Source: a bacterium (GTDB lineage Bacteria; Bacteroidota; Bacteroidia; Bacteroidales; UBA932). Taken from it: a stretch of DNA of 64,000 nucleotides. The stretch lies in assembly GCA_963596515.1 (NCBI GenBank), contig CAVBMN010000003.1:1468-65467 (forward strand), given 5' to 3'. The notes under the pieces are model-generated. The model ran no database searches. It was not told where the DNA came from and was given only the letters and a program-made list of their open reading frames with translations. A program made the translations under genes and the position numbers. Positions 58,604 to 64,000 of the stretch are shown here, piece after piece (position 1 is the stretch's first letter; each line of letters begins with the position of its first letter).

Positions 58604-59476
58604 CTAAAGATTCTGTAGTATCAGAGTCAAGGCTATGAAATCATCTACACTCAAGCGTTCTGGACGTAAGTCGAAAACTGGATCGGATGCCAATGACGGA
58701 ATAGCTGCGGTTTTAGGCTCTTGTGACGGAGTGGTCACTTCGGCAAGCTCAGTGACCGGAGGAACGGAGTCGGCATTCGAGCCAATAGGCTCAGCGATCG
58801 GTTGCTGAGCTTGTCGAAGCAACGGCTTGAGCGAGTTGCGGAGCGTCTTGCGCCGCTGACCGAAAGCGGTTTTAACAACAGTGCGGAAAAGCTTTTCGTC
58901 GCAGCCGAGATCCGTGCGGGAATTTCTGGTGAGACGGATCACGGCGGACTGTACCTTGGGCGGCGGATTGAACGCTCCCGATCCCACAGTGAAAAGATAT
59001 TCAATGTCATACCACGCCTGAAGAAAGACCGATAGGATACCGTAGGTCTTGGTGCCAGGTTTCTCGGCGATGCGCTCAGCGACCTCCTTCTGAATCATAC
59101 AGACCACCTCCGGGATGCGGTTGCGATGCTCAAGAATCTTGAAGAAAATCTGCGAGGAGATGTTATAAGGAAAGTTCCCGATCACTGAATATTCTCCCTC
59201 GAATATGCCGTCAAGGTCCATCTTAAGGAAGTCCCCCTCAATCAGATTATCTCCTAGTTTCGGATAATGCTTCTTTAAATAGACAACCGACTCGTTATCG
59301 ATTTCGATGACTTTCAATGCCAGTTCAGGACGAGGCAGCAGGTACTGGGTCAAGACACCCATACCGGGACCGACCTCCAACGCCTGATGCCCCTCAAGAG
59401 CCCCGACAATGTTCTTCGCAATGCTCTGGTCAGTCAAAAAGTGCTGCCCGAGCGCCTTTTTCGCACGTACTTCCAT
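58604..59476 (-). CDS. rsmA: 16S rRNA adenine dimethyltransferase RsmA/KsgA
   Basis: [46 protein letters not shown]. Start at ATG 59476. C-terminal domain carries an insertion. Confidence 0.96.
   Translation of the reverse strand: MEVRAKKALGQHFLTDQSIAKNIVGALEGHQALEVGPGMGVLTQYLLPRPELALKVIEIDNESVVYLKKHYPKLGDNLIEGDFLKMDLDGIFEGEYSVIGNFPYNISSQIFFKILEHRNRIPEVVCMIQKEVAERIAEKPGTKTYGILSVFLQAWYDIEYLFTVGSGAFNPPPKVQSAVIRLTRNSRTDLGCDEKLFRTVVKTAFGQRRKTLRNSLKPLLRQAQQPIAEPIGSNADSVPPVTELAEVTTPSQEPKTAAIPSLASDPVFDLRPERLSVDDFIALTLILQNL
58733..58823. repeat. Hairpin repeat cluster inside rsmA
   Basis: GGTCACT-TCGGCAAGCTC-AGTGACC 58733-58757; degenerate unit ~58776-58799; GTTGCT-GAGCTTGTCGA-AGCAAC 58801-58823. 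Confidence 0.85.
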
Positions 59477-59729
59477 AGCGACAAAGATACGGAATATTTC
59501 CAAAAAGAACGAACCGATGGCTCACTCTGGCTCGACACTCGACTCGGCGTTAATCTACTCCACGTTCAGCTTCACGGCCAGATGCTATCCCGCCCTAGCA
59601 GGAATCTGTAACTCTTTGATTTCCATTGGGTGGAGTGCCACCCAATGTGTCATAATGAATTACAGAATCCCGCCCTCTGATTTTGACTGGCAGGATTTAC
59701 GAATATATTCACAAACAGATAGTTGCCAA

Positions 59730-62700
59730 TTACACGAGTTTGGAGTGGCAATTGTCCCGGTCGTTCGTGCCGCCGGTTTTTGGAGTGGTGCAGTGGTTGA
59801 CGAGGTAGGCGATGGAGACGTATGGGATGCCGGAGTTGGTGGCGAGGCCAATCTCGCAGGTGCGGCTGTTGGAGTAGCCGACAGGGATGCCTTTGACCTG
59901 GGCTTTGAGCTTGCGGAGGGCGTATTTGTTGAGTTCCGGGTGGGTCATTCCTTTGTCGCCGGCGAAACCGCAGCAGCCAACACCTTCGGGAACAATCACG
60001 TTGGTGGAGCACATTCTGGCCAACTCAAGCATCTTGTCGGTCTTGTGCATCAGGCGCATCGAGCAGGTGAGATGAATGGCTACCGGAGTGTCGGTCTTGT
60101 GGAAATCCAGTCTGTCAGTCAAAAACTCAAGGATGAACTCGGACGGTTCGTAAAGCCTCATCTTTCCCATCTTGTGCTTCATACGATGGAGGCACGGACT
60201 CTGGTCGCAGAGGATCGGATAGCGGCCTTCCTCGCTTGCTTTCCAGAGTGCTTCCTCAAGCTCCTTGGTCTTCTTGTCAGCGATTTCCGGCATTCCCTTG
60301 CTTTCCCAGATCGTGCCGCAGCAAAGGGACGACATATTCTCTGGGAATATCACTTCGTAGCCGGCTTTGGCCAACAACGCGACCATCTCCTCGACGAGGG
60401 GCTTGTCAACTACGTGGTGATGTTTCGGGAGGCCCATCATCTGGTTGATGCAGCTCGGGAAATAGACTACTTTGTTCTTTTTGGAGGCACTTGATGGTGC
60501 GTCCGGGCGCTTCGACAAGCTCAGCGACCGTACTGGCTCGGTGGCCGAAAGAGTTAGTGGCACGGTCACTTCGATGGTTGGTGAGCCTTGTCGAACCACA
60601 GGCTCAGTGACCGGCGCTGATGCTACTTCGGCACATTCGGTCGCTGAGCTTGCCGAAGCGACTGTACTTACCAAATCTTTAAGCGACTTGGGAATATTAT
60701 AGGCCTTAGGGGTGGCCGGAGTCCAGAGCGGAAGCCGGATGGCATTGTGAAGCCAGCGGCAGAGGCCGCTCATAGCAAGGTCGCCAAGCACGGTCTCACC
60801 GGCGGTGGCCATCCTCAAAGCGCCACGAAGTCCACTCTTGACACCTGCGTAATGATTGGCGGCAAAGTTCCAGACACTATAACCGAAAGACCCCTTAGGC
60901 ATATTCATTCTCCGCAACTGGTGAGTGAGATCGGCCACATTGATGCCCATCGGGCAGGAGGTCGAGCAAAGGCCATCCCCGGCGCAAGTCTGCTCACCGG
61001 CGTAGGAATATTCTTTCTCAAGTGTCCGCAGATGAGCAAGTTCGGCAGCGGTAGGATTCGGCAACACACGCAATGAAGTGATTTCCCTCTGTGTGGCGAT
61101 CCTGGTTCTGGAAGAAAGCGTGAGCCCGCACGAAAGGCAGTTCACCTCGCAGAATCCGCACTCGATGCACTTGTTCAGTTTCTTGTAAATCTCCGCCAGT
61201 TCAGGCTCGATAGGTCTGCTGTCATCCTTCCACGGTTTCAGTACAGGCAATGCCTTGAAATTCCGTAGGAAACACTTAGGATCATCATTGAATATCACGC
61301 CCGGATTCAGAAGCCCGTGAGGGTCAAACAGTTCCTTCACACGCTTCATTATCCCGAACGCTTTCTCACCCCACTCATACGACACGAACGGAGCCATATT
61401 CCTGCCCGTTCCGTGCTCAGCCTTCAGTGAACCGTCATATTTCCCGACCACCATTTCCGCCACATCACGGATCATCGCCTCGTAACGGTTCACTTCCTCC
61501 TGAGAATCAAAGGATTGATTGATGATAAAATGGAAGTTCCCTTCAAGGGCGTGGCCGTAGATGCAGGAATCATCGTAGCCGTGCCTGTCCAGCAGTGCCG
61601 ACAGATCGACCGTCGCGTCCGGCAGATCCTCAATGTGGAAAGCGATGTCCTCGATTAGGCAGGTCGTACCCTGACGGCGCATTCCACCGACAGACGGGAA
61701 TATGCCGGAACGGATGGCCCAGTATTTCCCGGTCACAGCCGGATCACTACTGAATATAAACGAGTTGCCCTCAGCGTCATTCAAGACTCCGAACCTGCGC
61801 AGCACTTCGGAAAGTTTTCCGACATTGGCATCTAGATCCGCCTGATCCGAGCCTGTGACACGGAGTAGGAGAGCGGTCAGATCCTTGTCGGGATATTCAT
61901 TTAGCATCGGGTCATCGACGGACGCAAGCGACCGTTTGTCAAGCAGTTCGGCGGCATCGAGCACTGCCGGATCTATTTCTTTCTTAAGAGCCACGACAGC
62001 TTCAGCAGCCTCTCTGATGGTTCCGAAATAGACCATCGCCGAAGCGTCCTTGGCAGGCAATGGCAGGGTCTTCATCGTGACTTGACTAATAAACGCCAGC
62101 GTACCCTCGGATCCTACCAGCAAGTGAGCGATGATGTCGAAAGGATCCTCAAACCTGACGAACGGGAATATGTTGAGTCCGGTGACGTTCTTGATTGAAT
62201 ATTTGTACCTTATGCGGTCGGAGAGTTCCTTGTCGGCGAGAATCTCGTCCCTCAACTCTTCTATTCTCCTGATAAAATCCGGATGGGATGCACGGAAAGC
62301 GTTTCGGGAGGCCTCGTCGCCAGTGTCCAGAACCGTTCCGTCAGCGAACACCATCCTTACGCTCTCCAGTTCCTTGTCGCTGTTGGCGTGGGTGCCGCAA
62401 CTCATTCCAGAGGCGTTGTTCATCACGATTCCGCCCACCATACAGCTTCCGATGGAGGCCGGATCCGGGCCGAATTTCCGACCGAATGGTTTCAGGATGG
62501 CGTTCACCCTAGCCCCGACGATTCCCGGCTCAAGGGTGATCTTGGAAGCATCCTCGGAAACCTTGTACCGTTCCCAGTTCTTGCCGGCGACAATCAGCAC
62601 GGAATCGCTGATGGACTGGCCTGAAAGGCTGGTCCCGGCGGCACGGAAAGTCACCGGAACATCAAACTTCGACGCCGCCCCAAGAATCTTCGAGACTTCT

Positions 62701-62855
62701 TTCTCATTGGACGAACGGATGACAATCTTCGGAACAAGCCTGTAGAAACCCGCGTCCGTACCCCAGGCGAAACACCTCAATTCATCGGTGTAGATCGCGT
62801 TAGAAGGCACGAATTTTCCCACTTCCTCAAGGAAACGTGAATATTTCTCTTCCAT
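59730..62855 (-). CDS. FAD-linked oxidoreductase with 4Fe-4S and CCG domains (D-lactate dehydrogenase-like)
   Basis: FRAAGTSLSGQ, GSEGTL, GHALEGNFH, AEHGTG, CIECGFC..C, CAGDGLCSTSCP, CCG motifs. Start at ATG 62855. Confidence 0.9.
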   Translation of the reverse strand: MEEKYSRFLEEVGKFVPSNAIYTDELRCFAWGTDAGFYRLVPKIVIRSSNEKEVSKILGAASKFDVPVTFRAAGTSLSGQSISDSVLIVAGKNWERYKVSEDASKITLEPGIVGARVNAILKPFGRKFGPDPASIGSCMVGGIVMNNASGMSCGTHANSDKELESVRMVFADGTVLDTGDEASRNAFRASHPDFIRRIEELRDEILADKELSDRIRYKYSIKNVTGLNIFPFVRFEDPFDIIAHLLVGSEGTLAFISQVTMKTLPLPAKDASAMVYFGTIREAAEAVVALKKEIDPAVLDAAELLDKRSLASVDDPMLNEYPDKDLTALLLRVTGSDQADLDANVGKLSEVLRRFGVLNDAEGNSFIFSSDPAVTGKYWAIRSGIFPSVGGMRRQGTTCLIEDIAFHIEDLPDATVDLSALLDRHGYDDSCIYGHALEGNFHFIINQSFDSQEEVNRYEAMIRDVAEMVVGKYDGSLKAEHGTGRNMAPFVSYEWGEKAFGIMKRVKELFDPHGLLNPGVIFNDDPKCFLRNFKALPVLKPWKDDSRPIEPELAEIYKKLNKCIECGFCEVNCLSCGLTLSSRTRIATQREITSLRVLPNPTAAELAHLRTLEKEYSYAGEQTCAGDGLCSTSCPMGINVADLTHQLRRMNMPKGSFGYSVWNFAANHYAGVKSGLRGALRMATAGETVLGDLAMSGLCRWLHNAIRLPLWTPATPKAYNIPKSLKDLVSTVASASSATECAEVASAPVTEPVVRQGSPTIEVTVPLTLSATEPVRSLSLSKRPDAPSSASKKNKVVYFPSCINQMMGLPKHHHVVDKPLVEEMVALLAKAGYEVIFPENMSSLCCGTIWESKGMPEIADKKTKELEEALWKASEEGRYPILCDQSPCLHRMKHKMGKMRLYEPSEFILEFLTDRLDFHKTDTPVAIHLTCSMRLMHKTDKMLELARMCSTNVIVPEGVGCCGFAGDKGMTHPELNKYALRKLKAQVKGIPVGYSNSRTCEIGLATNSGIPYVSIAYLVNHCTTPKTGGTNDRDNCHSKLV
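60505..60663. repeat. Hairpin repeat cluster inside the FAD/Fe-S dehydrogenase
   Basis: Units at 60505-60529, 60564-60612 (inner unit 60575-60598) and 60639-60663. Confidence 0.88.
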
Positions 62856-62857
62856 AT

Positions 62858-63352
62858 TCAAGCAAGATACACTACTATGTAATACATCATCATTCCGCTG
62901 GCAATCAGTTTGATGCCGGTTCCGCAAAGAAATCCCATCAAGGCTCCGAGCGCTGATTTGGCGGACTCCCAACCGTTCTTGTCAGCGAAAATCAACTCGG
63001 CGAGAAAGGCTCCGAGAAGGGTGCCGAGAATGATTCCGACAGGAGGGACAAAGAGACCGACAAGCATCCCTGCCATTGCCCCACGACCAGCGGCTTTCGT
63101 TCCGCCCGTGACTTTGGTGAACCAGGACGGCACGATGTAGTCGATGACCGTTACCGCCACGGTGATTCCCAACCAGACAAGCAGGAATGTCAGCGACATC
63201 GGGTCTCCGGCTCCGTTCGTACCTTTGCCCCAGAAATAAAGAATCATCAGCCCGACCCAGCTGACAGGAGGACCGGGCAAGGCGGGAACAACGCTCCCGA
63301 TGATGCCGACCACACCTGCCAGCACGGCAAGGATGATGACCAAAACACTCAT
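62858..63352 (-). CDS. DUF456-like membrane protein
   Basis: VPALPGPP, G-rich TM helices, GAFLAEL. Confidence 0.8.
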   Translation of the reverse strand: MSVLVIILAVLAGVVGIIGSVVPALPGPPVSWVGLMILYFWGKGTNGAGDPMSLTFLLVWLGITVAVTVIDYIVPSWFTKVTGGTKAAGRGAMAGMLVGLFVPPVGIILGTLLGAFLAELIFADKNGWESAKSALGALMGFLCGTGIKLIASGMMMYYIVVYLA

Positions 63353-63388
63353 TGAATATTCAAGGATTTAGATCCGTGAGGCGACAGG

Positions 63389-64000
63389 TTAAGCCATAGC
63401 GGCCTCGACATCGTCCGGCTGGATCGGAAGGCGATTAAGACCCGTGCGGCGCGCGCCGTCCTCGGTCACAAGCACATCGTCCTCCAGACGGATACCGCCG
63501 AAGTCAAGGTAGTCGTGCTCCAGCTTGTAGTAGTTCACGAAGCCTTTGTCACGCTTCTCGCTCTTCCATTTCTCGATCAAGGCAGGGATGAAGTATATTC
63601 CCGGCTCATCGGTGATGACATTGCCCGGAACAAGCTTACGGGCCATTCTGAGGCTTCCGAGACCGAGTTGTGTCGAACGTTTCTGATCAGGATCGTAGCC
63701 GACGAGATCCTCGCCGAGGTCTTCCATATCGTGAACATCAAGCCCCATATTGTGGCCGAGTCCGTGAGGCTGGAAGAGTCCGGCGATGCCTTCGTGCAGC
63801 ATATTGTCCAGATTGCCGCGCACGATGTCCAACGAGCGAAGATCCTCAAGCATCAGCTTTGCGACGGCCAGATGGACGTCCCTGTAGGCGACTCCCGGCT
63901 TCGTCAGTTTAAACGCCAGTTCGTTGCAGTCGCAGACAATCTGATAGATGTCCCTCTGCTTCTGGGTGAACCTGCCACTGGTCGGCAAGGTGCGGGTGAA
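63389..64000 (-). CDS. Xaa-Pro aminopeptidase (M24), 5'-truncated by window edge
   Basis: HGLGHNMGLDVHD, TDEPGIYF, GGIRLEDD. Confidence 0.92.
   Translation of the reverse strand, partial: FTRTLPTSGRFTQKQRDIYQIVCDCNELAFKLTKPGVAYRDVHLAVAKLMLEDLRSLDIVRGNLDNMLHEGIAGLFQPHGLGHNMGLDVHDMEDLGEDLVGYDPDQKRSTQLGLGSLRMARKLVPGNVITDEPGIYFIPALIEKWKSEKRDKGFVNYYKLEHDYLDFGGIRLEDDVLVTEDGARRTGLNRLPIQPDDVEAAMA

Noticed and set aside
59409..60494. 361-aa plus-strand ORF and other long antisense ORFs (26721-27806, 56904-57779, 20851-21630)
   Set aside because: Shadows of well-supported opposite-strand genes, with no recognisable motifs.
1..64000. CRISPR array, integrase or prophage
   Set aside because: No regularly spaced repeat-spacer array and no cas, integrase or phage structural genes seen. 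The 25-nt repeats are irregular and in mixed orientation.

Overview
Chromosomal window from a Bacteroidales bacterium. Support: TAnnTTTG promoters, SusC/SusD, rpsL-rpsG-fusA-rpsJ without tuf. Housekeeping and envelope genes: efflux adaptor + TolC, tRNA(CAT), rpsL-rpsG-fusA-rpsJ, S9/S41/M24 peptidases, a TonB receptor unit, aspS, tRNA-Ser(GCT), rsmA, an FAD/Fe-S D-lactate dehydrogenase-like enzyme. Strongest observations: (1) a 25-nt hairpin repeat (variable 7-bp stem, loop GAGCYTGYCGA) seen only inside four unrelated intact genes as in-frame insertions, twice nested in its own loop; (2) a cassette at 23.3-39.6 kb with a secreted six-cysteine pre-pro-peptide, two thioredoxin-like proteins, three beta-propeller lipoproteins and a TolC-MFP-RND-RND exporter, interrupted by an IS5 relic and a Fic gene; (3) an operon for a tetrahaem NapC-like cytochrome fused to an FGE-fold domain, two Tat-exported sugar-modifying lipoproteins and its own System II cytochrome c maturation pair; (4) an intact ThiL homologue lacking its Mg/ATP ligands; (5) two related ATPases, each behind a different ~40-bp promoter palindrome. 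All family calls come from motif recognition by eye. No searches were run, so novelty is unverified.
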